18,334 bases of DNA from Candidatus Eiseniibacteriota bacterium (GCA_046598045.1 JBKJJJ010000016.1:1-18334); one strand, 5' to 3'; positions 8,377 to 17,087 are shown, counted from the stretch's first letter. Notes: generated by a model not told the origin, from the letters alone. A program made the numbers and translations.

Positions 8377-10998
8377 CTACAGGTTAAAGTAATACGTGAA
8401 TTTCGCGAGGAATATGTTGTCCGCATGGAGCTTGAACAGGCGGCTCCTGGACCCCGGGAAGTCGAAATTGTTGCCCACGGGGGAGTCTTCGTAGCGGTCG
8501 TGGCTCCACACCAGGTAGAACGCCGAGCCCGGCCGGTACTCCCAGCGCAGCACCGCGTTCCCGATCAGCGAGGTGACGTTGAAGTTGTTTGTCCCATCGG
8601 CGGTCGGGTAGGGCGTGAACTCGAACGTGTTCGGCTTCGCGAGCGCCTTGTAGTTCGAGTACTGGCCGATCGCGATCAGCGGCTGCCCGTAGAACTGAAG
8701 CGACACCGACGGCGTGAACGCCCAGTTGAGGCGGATGTTCGCCGAGATCTGGCGCTGTTCGAGCCGCGCGAACACGTAGTCGGCGCCGTAGGTGTCGGTG
8801 TTCGCCGGGTTCGCGTAGGTGTTGACGTACTGGGCGTATTCAACCCTGTGCTCGTAGCCCGGCCCGACGCGCAGCGTCACGTTCGCGGCCGGCTTGAACT
8901 CGACGCCCGGCGACGCGTACCAGTTCTGCGAGTGCGCACCGGGCTGGAAGTACGCACCCGTTTCCACGAAGTAGAACAGGCGCGCCTTGCCGTCGGTGTC
9001 GAAGGACGTGCCGACCTCGACGCCGGGCGGATTGATCGTGCGCGGGCCGCCGCGCGTCTTGCGCACGCTCGTGGTCCGTGGGTTGTAGGCGAAGCGGTAG
9101 TTCCAGCTGTTGTTGTTCGAGAACTCGGTCGAGCCCTGCGTCAATACGCCGGTGTTCGTGCGATTGCCGTCGAAGTCCCAGCTCAAGAACAGCGCCCCGG
9201 TCACCTCCTGGTACTTGCGGTGCTTCGTCGGCTTCGTCCACTTCCAGCCACCGCCGACGTGCGCGTTGATCACGTCTGCGCGCGCGAGGAAGCCGATGTC
9301 GTTGTTCTCGAAGTCGGGGCTCAAGAATCCGGCCGCGGCGTTCACGATCAGGTCGCCGTTCTGGTGGTTCAGCCACCAGCGGCTGCCGACGCCCGTGAGC
9401 GATGTGCGCGTCGGGTCGAAGCGCAACCGGTCCGCGTCCGGCCGCTGGAAGTAGTGCCGTGAGCTCTGCTGCACGGAAGCGATGCGCACCTCGCTGCCGC
9501 GCACCTGGGTGCCGGCCGTCCAGCCCGAGATCACCCAGTTCTTCTGGTCGTCGAGGAACCACCAGCCGTCAAAGCCCGCCATGATCGCGCTCGAGTTGAA
9601 CTGGTCCCTGAGGCCCGCGCGGTCGAGGTTGCGCGCGGTCTCGTTGACCATGAAACCCAGGCCCTGCTTGCCCTTCGGGAATTCCTTCTGGAAGCGCTCC
9701 ACGCCGTAGTAGGTCGCCGGCTCGACCGTCGCCGAGGTCAGGCCGTCGGGATTGCCGAACAGGTCGGCGTCCATGCGTCGGGTCAGCGCGTGCATGGTGC
9801 CGAAGTTCCAGCTCGGCGAGATCTTGCCCGTGATCTTGGCCGCGCCGAGGATCGTGGTCGCGCCCGGCGCGTCGGCGTACGCGGCGTCCGGCAGGGATCC
9901 GCCCGGCGGCTTGCCGATGCGCCGGCTGTAGAAGAACGTGGGCTCCGGCCAGTTGAAGCCCCAGTAATCGTTCGCGCCCTGCTGCCCGAAGTCGAAGTTC
10001 GCGGAGCCCTCGACGAAGAACGGCCGTTTCTCGGGGTAGTAGGTCTCGACGTCGGAGAGGTTCACGACCGCGGGGTCGACCTCGACCTGGCCGAAGTCCG
10101 GGTTCGCGGTCGCGACCAGCGTGAGCTTGCTGCCGAGGCTGGTGCGCAGGTCGAGCCCGCCGTTCGGCTTGAGTTCCGTGCCGTCATTGAACGGGTCGCC
10201 GGAAGCATGGCGCAGGAAGCCGGCCTTGCCCGTGACGTAGGGCGAGAGCTCGATCGTCTGCCCACCCGAAATGTGCTCGATCCCGACGAGGTCCGGGAAG
10301 CGCGAGACGAACCCGCTGCCGCGCTTGGGCTGATAGACCACGTAGCTCGACTCGTTGCGGCGCTGCAGCACGCGCTTGAAGTTGACGCCCCACAGGCAGG
10401 TCTCGTCCTGGCTCGCGAACCGCAACTGGGTATACGGAATGCGCATCTCCGCGGTCCAGCCGAGCGAGTCGACGCGCGCCTTGCCCTGCCACACGCCGTC
10501 CCACGAGTCGTCGTCCCAGCTGTCGTTGAGCAGGGTCCCGTCGAATTGCGTGCCCGCGGCGCTGACCATGAAGTAGTAGCCGGATCGCCGGTCGTGCAGG
10601 GGATCGAGGAAGAGCGCGAACTGGTCGCCGGGCACGAACGTGTCGCGCCGGGTCAGGCGCGCGAGGATCGAGTCCGGCGCGGTGTCGTACATGCGCGCCC
10701 CGACGTAGAGCGCAGCGTCGTCATAGGCGATGCGCACCTCCGTCCGTTGGCTGGAGGGCGCGCCCTCATCGGGGTCCCGTTGCGTGAAGTGCGAGCTCGG
10801 CTGGCCGCTCGACCACACGGGCTCGTCGAGCACGCCGTCGACCGCGACCGGGGCGGTCAGGCGGATCGCGCGCACCGGCACCTTCGCCAGGGTGAGGCTG
10901 TCCGCGGGCGGGGCGGGCGTCGGCGCGGCCGCGCCCGGGGAGGACGCGAGGGCGAGCGCGAACGCAGTTGCCGACGCGACGAGGAAAGGCGCTGTCAT
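8377..10998 (-). CDS. CBM9-like/DUF5916 domain protein, probably outer membrane
   Basis: Signal peptide and N-terminal VDGVLDEPVW...TEVRIAYDD...GWTAEMRIP (CBM9/DOMON-like). NPDFGQVEVD...YPEKRPFFVEG motif typical of DUF5916. Ends FLAKFTYYFNL, resembling a beta-signal. GAGGA RBS. Confidence 0.85.
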   Translation of the reverse strand: MTAPFLVASATAFALALASSPGAAAPTPAPPADSLTLAKVPVRAIRLTAPVAVDGVLDEPVWSSGQPSSHFTQRDPDEGAPSSQRTEVRIAYDDAALYVGARMYDTAPDSILARLTRRDTFVPGDQFALFLDPLHDRRSGYYFMVSAAGTQFDGTLLNDSWDDDSWDGVWQGKARVDSLGWTAEMRIPYTQLRFASQDETCLWGVNFKRVLQRRNESSYVVYQPKRGSGFVSRFPDLVGIEHISGGQTIELSPYVTGKAGFLRHASGDPFNDGTELKPNGGLDLRTSLGSKLTLVATANPDFGQVEVDPAVVNLSDVETYYPEKRPFFVEGSANFDFGQQGANDYWGFNWPEPTFFYSRRIGKPPGGSLPDAAYADAPGATTILGAAKITGKISPSWNFGTMHALTRRMDADLFGNPDGLTSATVEPATYYGVERFQKEFPKGKQGLGFMVNETARNLDRAGLRDQFNSSAIMAGFDGWWFLDDQKNWVISGWTAGTQVRGSEVRIASVQQSSRHYFQRPDADRLRFDPTRTSLTGVGSRWWLNHQNGDLIVNAAAGFLSPDFENNDIGFLARADVINAHVGGGWKWTKPTKHRKYQEVTGALFLSWDFDGNRTNTGVLTQGSTEFSNNNSWNYRFAYNPRTTSVRKTRGGPRTINPPGVEVGTSFDTDGKARLFYFVETGAYFQPGAHSQNWYASPGVEFKPAANVTLRVGPGYEHRVEYAQYVNTYANPANTDTYGADYVFARLEQRQISANIRLNWAFTPSVSLQFYGQPLIAIGQYSNYKALAKPNTFEFTPYPTADGTNNFNVTSLIGNAVLRWEYRPGSAFYLVWSHDRYEDSPVGNNFDFPGSRSRLFKLHADNIFLAKFTYYFNL

Positions 10999-11135
10999 GG
11001 ATTCCTCACGAAGGACTCATGGGCGGCTCGGCACAGTGGAGGTCCGGGGAGCAGGGACCACGGCGTTGGACGACGCGCTCGCCTGAAAGGCTGGAGCGAG
11101 CGACGCCGGAGCGTAGTCCCGGGCCGCGATTCGTG

Positions 11136-11144
11136 TGTTAAGTT
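11136..11144 (+). promoter_or_regulatory. Extended -10 element, probable leaderless promoter of glcD
   Basis: TG-t-TAAGTT lies 6 nt before ATG 11151. No Shine-Dalgarno sequence. Confidence 0.55.
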
Positions 11145-11150
11145 CGGGTC

Positions 11151-12692
11151 ATGGACGCGCCGAAAGTGAAGCAAACTTTTCGTGGGGACGACGCAACGCG
11201 CGCGCGCCTCGAGCTGGCGCGCGCGTGCGCGGAGATCGTGGGCAAGGACGGCGCGCTGGTCAAAGACGAGGAGCGCCTGGCCTACGACGTCGACGGCTTC
11301 ACGCTCGAGAAACATCCGCCCGACGTGATCGCGCTCCCGCGCAACACCACAGAGGTCAGCGCGCTGCTCGCGCTCGCGTACGAGCGCGGCGTGCCGGTCA
11401 CCGCGCGCGGCGCCGGCACGGGCCTCGCCGGCGGCGCGTTGCCGGCCGAGGGGGGCCTCCTGCTCTCGACCGCGCGCATGAACCGGATCCTCTCGCTCGA
11501 CGGGCCCGACCGCTTCGCCGTGGTTCAGCCCGGTGTCGTCAACCTCCACCTCTCCCTGGCCGCGGCGCCGCTCGGGCTCCACTACGCGCCCGATCCCTCG
11601 AGCCAGATGGCCTCGACGCTCGGCGGCAATGCCGCGACCAACGCGGGCGGACCGCATTGCCTCAAGTACGGCCTGACCCACCAGCACGTGCTCGGCCTGA
11701 CCTTCGCGCTCGAGGACGGGACGCTGGTCACCGCGGGCGGTGCGGCGATGGACGCGCCCGGGCTCGACCTCGTCGGCGCGATGGTCGGCTCCGAGGGCAC
11801 GTTCGCCGTCGTCACCGAGCTGGTCGTCCGCCTCGTGCCGAAACCCGAGGCCGTGCGCACGTTCCTCGCCGTGTTCGACACCGTCGAGGCCGCGGCGGGG
11901 GCGGTGAGCGCGATCATCGCCGCCGGCATCATCCCGGCCGCGCTCGAGATGCTCGATCACCTGACGATCGTCGCGGTCGAGCCCTACGTCCACCTCGGGC
12001 TGCCGCTCGACGCGGGCGCGGTGCTGCTGGTCGAGCTCGACGGGCCGGCCGTGGTCATGGCGCGCCGCTCGGCCCAGGTGCACGAACTGTGCGCGGCAAA
12101 CGGGGCGCGCTCGATCCGCGAGGCGAAGGACGAGACCGAGCGCATGCTGCTGTGGAAGGCGCGCAAGGGCGCGTTCGGCGCGATGGGCCGGATCGCGAAC
12201 GGCTTCTACGTCATGGACGGCGTGGTGCCGCGCACGCGCCTGCCCGAGGCGCTCCGGGCGATCGGCGCGATCGCAGAGGACCTCGATCTCCAGATCGCGA
12301 ACGTGTTCCACGCGGGGGATGGAAACCTGCACCCGAACGTGCTCTACGACGTCGACGACCCGGACTCCGTGGCGCGCGCACTGATCGCGTCCGAACGCAT
12401 CCTCGAAGTCTGTGTCGCGCTCGGCGGGAGCCTCTCCGGGGAGCACGGGATCGGCAGCGAGAAGAGGGAGCTCATGACGCTCCTGTTCTCCCCCGACGAT
12501 CTCGCGCAGTTCGCGGCGCTGCGCCGGGCGTTCAACCCGTCGGGTCGCCTGAACCCGCGCAAGGTGCTGCCGCTCGGCAAGGGTTGCGGCGAGGCGCGCG
12601 CGTTGCCGGGCACCCGCGGCGCCGGCGCGCGGGTGTCGGGCGGCAACCCGGGCGCGCCCATGCCCGACGGCGTCGAGGCCCCATGGATCTGA
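11151..12692 (+). CDS. glcD: Glycolate oxidase/D-lactate dehydrogenase FAD subunit GlcD
   Basis: RGAGTGLAGGA, YAPDPSSQ, NAGGPHCLKYG, GSEGT, FHAGDGNLHP and GEHGIG motifs. Confidence 0.92.
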   Translation: MDAPKVKQTFRGDDATRARLELARACAEIVGKDGALVKDEERLAYDVDGFTLEKHPPDVIALPRNTTEVSALLALAYERGVPVTARGAGTGLAGGALPAEGGLLLSTARMNRILSLDGPDRFAVVQPGVVNLHLSLAAAPLGLHYAPDPSSQMASTLGGNAATNAGGPHCLKYGLTHQHVLGLTFALEDGTLVTAGGAAMDAPGLDLVGAMVGSEGTFAVVTELVVRLVPKPEAVRTFLAVFDTVEAAAGAVSAIIAAGIIPAALEMLDHLTIVAVEPYVHLGLPLDAGAVLLVELDGPAVVMARRSAQVHELCAANGARSIREAKDETERMLLWKARKGAFGAMGRIANGFYVMDGVVPRTRLPEALRAIGAIAEDLDLQIANVFHAGDGNLHPNVLYDVDDPDSVARALIASERILEVCVALGGSLSGEHGIGSEKRELMTLLFSPDDLAQFAALRRAFNPSGRLNPRKVLPLGKGCGEARALPGTRGAGARVSGGNPGAPMPDGVEAPWI

Positions 12693-13945
12693 CGCCGCCG
12701 CTCGCGCCGCCGCAGTGCGGCTGCCTCAAGCGCGTGGTCAGCGGCCCCGCGGACTGGGGCTTCGTGCCCACGCGCACCGAGACCCCGCGCAACGCGGCCG
12801 AGGCCGCGCGGCTCCTGTTCGAGGCGGCGCGCGCCGGCGCCCCGCAATGGATCGTGGGCTCCGCGAGCCGGCTCGCCGCCTGCCCGCCGACGCCGCGCTC
12901 GGCGGTCGCGCTCTCGACCGCGGGCCTCGCGGGCATCGTGGCCTACGAGCCCGCCGACCTCACGCTCACCGCGGGCGCGGGCACCTCGCTTGAGACCGTG
13001 CACGAGCTGCTCGCCGACGACGGGCTCGAGTTGCCTGCGAGCCACTTCGGCCTCGCGGACGGGACGCTCGGCGGCGCGGTGGCGACGAACCTCTCCGACG
13101 CGCGGCGCGCGAGCTCGGGCCCGTTGCGCGACCGCATCCTCGGCATGGAGATCGCGACCTCGGACGGCAAGGTCACGAAGAGCGGCGGCCGCGTCGTCAA
13201 GAACGTCGCGGGCTACGACGTGGGCCGGCTGATCGCGGGCTCGCACGGCGGGCTCGCGCTGGTCACCGAGGTCACGCTTCGGCTGAGCCCGAAGCCCGAG
13301 GCGCACGCGCCGTTCACGCGCGCGTTCGCCAGCGCCCACGAGGCGTCCGCGCAGGCCTTCACGATCGCGCGCGAGGCGCCGGCGCTCGGGTTCGCGTCCG
13401 TGGTCGGCAGCGGGGCGACGGCGCGGCTGGTGTGGGTCCACGAGGGTGACACCGAGGCGGTCGAGGAGGGCCGACGCTGGAGCGAGGCGCGCTACGGCGC
13501 GGCGCTCGAGTCCGACGCCCACGATCACCCGGCGCCGGTCGAGTCGCGCCTCGCGGTCAAGGCGCTCGAGCACGTCTGCCCCGAACGCACGAACGTCCTG
13601 CTCAAGGCCGGCGTGCGGCCGTCGCGCGTGTCCGACCTGCTCGCCACGCTCGGCGAACTCGGGCCCACGTTCCTCGGGGCGCACGCGGGGCAGGGGGCGG
13701 TGTTCGCGCGCTTCAACCTGGGAGGTGCCGACGCCGCGCTGTGGGCGCACCGCGCCTGCCGGGCGGTCGAGGGCTCGGGGGGCTGGTGGCGGTGGCAGGG
13801 CGCGTGGCGGGCCGGCGACGGACCCGAGGCCGCGCCCTGGGGCGGCATCGAGACGCCGTGGCCGCTCTACGCGCGCCTCAAGCAGGCGTTCGATCCGGGC
13901 GGGCTGCTCGGGCCCGCCGTGTACGCGGGCGGGGCCGCGCGATGA
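12683..13945 (+). CDS. glcE: Glycolate oxidase FAD-binding subunit GlcE (divergent)
   Basis: GIVAYEPADLTLTAGAGT, GTLGGAVA, GGRVVKNVAGYD, GSHGGL and RLKQAFDPGGLL. ATG 12683 follows GAGG and overlaps the glcD end by 10 nt. It is the C-terminal part of track ORF 11135..13945. Confidence 0.88.
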   Translation: MDLTPPLAPPQCGCLKRVVSGPADWGFVPTRTETPRNAAEAARLLFEAARAGAPQWIVGSASRLAACPPTPRSAVALSTAGLAGIVAYEPADLTLTAGAGTSLETVHELLADDGLELPASHFGLADGTLGGAVATNLSDARRASSGPLRDRILGMEIATSDGKVTKSGGRVVKNVAGYDVGRLIAGSHGGLALVTEVTLRLSPKPEAHAPFTRAFASAHEASAQAFTIAREAPALGFASVVGSGATARLVWVHEGDTEAVEEGRRWSEARYGAALESDAHDHPAPVESRLAVKALEHVCPERTNVLLKAGVRPSRVSDLLATLGELGPTFLGAHAGQGAVFARFNLGGADAALWAHRACRAVEGSGGWWRWQGAWRAGDGPEAAPWGGIETPWPLYARLKQAFDPGGLLGPAVYAGGAAR

Positions 13946-15273
13946 CGCCTTCGCTCGCGACGCCGCCCGACGCGGCCGGGCCCGATCGCAAGACGCTGCT
14001 CGCATGCGTCCACTGTGGGCTGTGCCTCAGCGCCTGCCCCACGTATCGCGAGACCGGCCTCGAGACCGAATCGCCGCGCGGGCGCATCTACCTCATGCGC
14101 GCCTTGCAGGAGGGCCGGCTCGAGCCCTCGCGGGACGTGTCGCGCCACCTCGACCTGTGTCTCAACTGCCGGGCGTGTGAGACCGCGTGCCCGGCGGGCG
14201 TCCACTACGGCCTGCTGCTCGAGACCACGCGCGCGCGGCTCGCGACCGAGCTGCCGCCGACGATCGGCGAGCGCGTGCGCGATTTCGCGCTCGAGCACGT
14301 GTTCCCGTTCCAGCAGCGGCTCGACTTCGTGCTTGGCGTGATCCGCTTGTCGGCGCGTATCGGCCTGCTCGACCTCGCGCGCGGGCCGCTCGGGCGGGTC
14401 CTGCCGCGTTTCGCGCGCGTCGGCGCCGAGCTGTGGCCCGACGACGTTGCCGACGTCCGGCCCATGCCGCCCGGCACGTACCCACCGTACGAGGGCGCCC
14501 CGAAGGCGCGCGTGGCGTGGTTTCGCACGTGCCTCATGCCGGGCACGTTTCCGGCCACCGATCGTGCCGCCGTCCACCTCCTGCGCGAGGCGGGCGCGAC
14601 CGTGGTCGTGCCGCCGGCCCAGGGCTGTTGCGGCTCGCTCCACGCCCACGCCGGCCGGCGCGAGACCGCGCGCACGCTCGCGCTCGCGAACCTGGCGTGG
14701 TTCGAGGAGGACGGCCCGTTCGACCTGGTCGCGACCGACGTCGCCGGCTGCGGCGCGACGCTGCGTGAATACGGCGACCTGTTCGACGCCGGCGGCGTGC
14801 ACGACGCCAGGACCGCTGCGCGCGCGCGCGCGTTCGCCGCGCGCGTGCGCGACGTGACCGAGGCGCTGGTCGAGCTCGGGTTGCCGCCCGCACGCGCGGA
14901 GGTTCGCGAGACCATCGCGGTGCACGACGCTTGCCATCTCGCGCACGCGCAGAAGGTGCGGAGCGCCCCGCGCGTGTTGTTGCGCGCGCTGCCCGGCGCG
15001 ACCGTGGTCGACCTCGCGAACTCGGACCGCTGCTGCGGGTCGGCCGGCATCTACAACCTGCTGCAACCCGACATGGCCGCGCGCCTGCTCGAACAAAAGA
15101 TGGACACCGTCGAGGCCTCGGGCGCGCCGGTGATCGCGGTCGGCAACGCGGGCTGCCTCCTCCAGATGGAGTGGGGCGCGCGGCAGCGCGGACTCGCGGC
15201 GTCGATGCGGCACCCGGTCGAGATCCTCGCGCGCGCGTATCCGCGGCCGGGCTCCTACGAGGCGACCGAGTGA
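13942..15273 (+). CDS. glcF: Glycolate oxidase iron-sulfur subunit GlcF
   Basis: Two 4Fe-4S motifs (CVHCGLCLSACP, CLNCRACETACP), SPRGRI, two CCG domains (QGCCG, DRCCGSAGIYN) and HDACHL. ATGA overlap with glcE. Confidence 0.92.
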   Translation: MTPSLATPPDAAGPDRKTLLACVHCGLCLSACPTYRETGLETESPRGRIYLMRALQEGRLEPSRDVSRHLDLCLNCRACETACPAGVHYGLLLETTRARLATELPPTIGERVRDFALEHVFPFQQRLDFVLGVIRLSARIGLLDLARGPLGRVLPRFARVGAELWPDDVADVRPMPPGTYPPYEGAPKARVAWFRTCLMPGTFPATDRAAVHLLREAGATVVVPPAQGCCGSLHAHAGRRETARTLALANLAWFEEDGPFDLVATDVAGCGATLREYGDLFDAGGVHDARTAARARAFAARVRDVTEALVELGLPPARAEVRETIAVHDACHLAHAQKVRSAPRVLLRALPGATVVDLANSDRCCGSAGIYNLLQPDMAARLLEQKMDTVEASGAPVIAVGNAGCLLQMEWGARQRGLAASMRHPVEILARAYPRPGSYEATE

Positions 15274-15965
15274 AGGCGCGCGTGCTGTTCTTCGCCTACC
15301 TGCGCGACATCACGAAGATGCCCGCGGTCGAGCTCGAGCTGCCCGCGGGCGCGACCGCGCGCGACGTGTGGCGCGAGTTGTCGACGCGCTGGCCCGAGCT
15401 CGAGCACCAGCTGGTGCGGATCCCGATCGTGGTCGATGGCAAGGTCGTGGACCTGGACGCGGTCGTGCCCGACGGCGCCGAGGTGGTGTGGTTGCCGCCG
15501 GTCGGCGGAGGAGCTGGATCCTCGCCGGATGGGCCCGGCGTCGTCCGCGCCGAGCTCACGCGTGAGCCCATCGACCTGCCTCGCCTCGTGTCTGAGGTCA
15601 CCGCTCCAAATTGCGGCGGCATTGCGACTTTCCTCGGGGTGGTCCGGGACCATGACGAGGGTCGCCGGGTGCTCGCGCTGGAGTACGACGCCTACGACCG
15701 CCTCGCCGGCGAGCAGATTACGGCGGTCGCCCGCGAGGCCCTGGCGCGCTGGCCCGACGCGCGGATTGCGGTCCAGCATCGCGCGGGGCGGCTGCTCGTG
15801 GGGGAGGTCTCGGTCGCGATTGCGGTCGCCTGCCCGCACCGGGAGGAGGCGTTCGCCTGCTGCCGCTTCGTGATCGATCGCGTCAAGGAGGCGGTGCCGA
15901 TCTGGAAGCGCGAAGAGGGCGAGGACGGCGCGCGTTGGCTCGAGGGGCACGAGTACAAGCCCTAA
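15270..15965 (+). CDS. moaE: Fused molybdopterin synthase MoaD-MoaE (MoaX-like)
   Basis: GTG start in a GTGA overlap with glcF. Ubiquitin-like MoaD (VLFFAYLRD...LPPVGGG), a short linker, then MoaE (GGIATFLGVVRD, LEYDAY, HRAGRL, HREEAF, VPIWKRE). Confidence 0.9.
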   Translation: MKARVLFFAYLRDITKMPAVELELPAGATARDVWRELSTRWPELEHQLVRIPIVVDGKVVDLDAVVPDGAEVVWLPPVGGGAGSSPDGPGVVRAELTREPIDLPRLVSEVTAPNCGGIATFLGVVRDHDEGRRVLALEYDAYDRLAGEQITAVAREALARWPDARIAVQHRAGRLLVGEVSVAIAVACPHREEAFACCRFVIDRVKEAVPIWKREEGEDGARWLEGHEYKP

Positions 15966-15987
15966 CTCGCGTTCGCGGAGACGTGGA

Positions 15988-16190
15988 AGCGAACCTGCCC
16001 CGCAGGGCAGGTTGCTGCGCGGCGAACTTGCGCCGGCGCAAGTTGGCATTGCCGCCAACTCGCATGCCACGTGGCATGCGAGTTGAAAAATCCACGATGT
16101 GGGACAACGACTTACTCCGGGATCGCTACTCCAGGAGCATGCCCCGGGGCACGTTGCACGAGCTCGCACTTGCGCCGGCGCAAGTCGCGA
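15988..16190. repeat. Cluster of related short palindromes (REP-like)
   Basis: AACCTGCCC-CGCA-GGGCAGGTT (15992-16013), AACTTGCGCCGGCGCAAGTT (16025-16044), CAACTCGCATGCCACGTGGCATGCGAGTTG (16056-16085), TGCCCCGGGGCA (16140-16151) and ACTTGCGCCGGCGCAAGT (16168-16185). Confidence 0.85.
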
Positions 16191-16209
16191 CCTCGCCTCC
16201 CGCCCGCCC

Positions 16210-17052
16210 CTAGAACAAGTCTCCCTGCGGCTCCAGGTCCCTTGGATCCTTCGGCGTCAATCCCACCAACTCCATGAACGTGCGCGCCGACGACGGCGAG
16301 TGCCCAGCGAAGTGGTTGTTGAAGTAGCCGTAGACGTCGATCCCGCGGCCGAGCAGTTCCGGCAGCACGGTCGCCCAGCGCGCGAGCTGGTCCGAACGGT
16401 CGATCTGGACGCGCGAGTAATCGGTCAGGTCGCGGGTCCCGAGCCAGCGCACGTATGCGAAGTCGAGGCCGCCCATCGCGCCCTCGCCCATGTGCGCCGC
16501 GAGGTCGAGCATGCGCTCGAGCGGGAGGAACGGGCTGTCGGTGAGCGCGGGCGCGATGCCGCGCGCGGCGAGCGCCTCGACGATGTTGGTGTCGAACCAC
16601 GCCGGGTCGCGGAACTCCACCGCCCAGCGGAGGCCGGGCGGCAAGCGATCGAGGAATTCCTCGAGTCGCTTGCGCCGCCGGATCCCGAACTCGGCGGGGA
16701 GCTGGATCAGGACCGGGCCCAGCCGCGGGCCGAGCGGCCGGATGCGCTCGACGAAGCGCTCGAGTGTGGTGATCGACGTCTCGCCGGCGAGGCCGTCGTC
16801 GTGCGTTGCCGCGCGCGGGAACTTGAGCGCGAAGCGAAAGCCCGCGGGGGCGCGCTGCGTCCAGTGCTCGATCGCGGCTGCGGCGGGCACGGCGTAGAAC
16901 GTGGAGTCGATCTCGACCGTGTCGAAGACGCGCGCGTAGAGCGTGAGGAAGTCGGCGGGCCGCGCCGAACGCGGGTAGAACGGGCCGACCCACGCGGGGT
17001 AGTTCCAACCCTGGGTGCCGAGGTGAAATCGCGCGGGTCCAATGCGGAGCAT
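16210..17052 (-). CDS. DUF72 (YecE-like) protein
   Basis: GTQGWNYPAWVGPFYP, FDTVEIDSTFY, FRFALKFPRAATH, LGPVLIQLP, AVEFRDPAW, FAYVRW and YFNNH motifs. Confidence 0.93.
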   Translation of the reverse strand: MLRIGPARFHLGTQGWNYPAWVGPFYPRSARPADFLTLYARVFDTVEIDSTFYAVPAAAAIEHWTQRAPAGFRFALKFPRAATHDDGLAGETSITTLERFVERIRPLGPRLGPVLIQLPAEFGIRRRKRLEEFLDRLPPGLRWAVEFRDPAWFDTNIVEALAARGIAPALTDSPFLPLERMLDLAAHMGEGAMGGLDFAYVRWLGTRDLTDYSRVQIDRSDQLARWATVLPELLGRGIDVYGYFNNHFAGHSPSSARTFMELVGLTPKDPRDLEPQGDLF

Positions 17053-17058
17053 GGCGCC

Positions 17059-17087
17059 ACGCTACGCGCCCGTGCGCCCGCTCGCAA
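17059..17087 (-). promoter_or_regulatory. Sigma70-type leaderless promoter of the DUF72 gene
   Basis: Minus strand reads TTGCGA-N17-TAGCGT-N6-ATG. No Shine-Dalgarno sequence. Confidence 0.6.

Noticed and set aside
11040..11110. Glycine-riboswitch-like CTTTCAGG (minus strand) and hairpins upstream of the DUF5916 gene
   Set aside because: No GGAGA or CCGAAG elements, and the pairing is explicable by high GC.
11135..12682. 936-aa ORF suggesting a long N-terminal extension or fusion of GlcE
   Set aside because: The upstream part is an Arg/Ala-rich off-frame shadow of glcD. GlcE similarity and an RBS begin at ATG 12683.
13741..15269. Upstream starts for glcF (13741) and moaDE (14931) given in the ORF track
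   Set aside because: They overlap real genes in other frames. The ATGA (13942) and GTGA (15270) overlaps coincide with the start of recognisable domains.
15988..16190. CRISPR array or standard bidirectional terminator
   Set aside because: The repeats are not identical, the spacers are short and irregular, and no cas genes are present. The only A-run (16086-16090) is on the wrong side of the hairpin to act as a U-tract on either strand.
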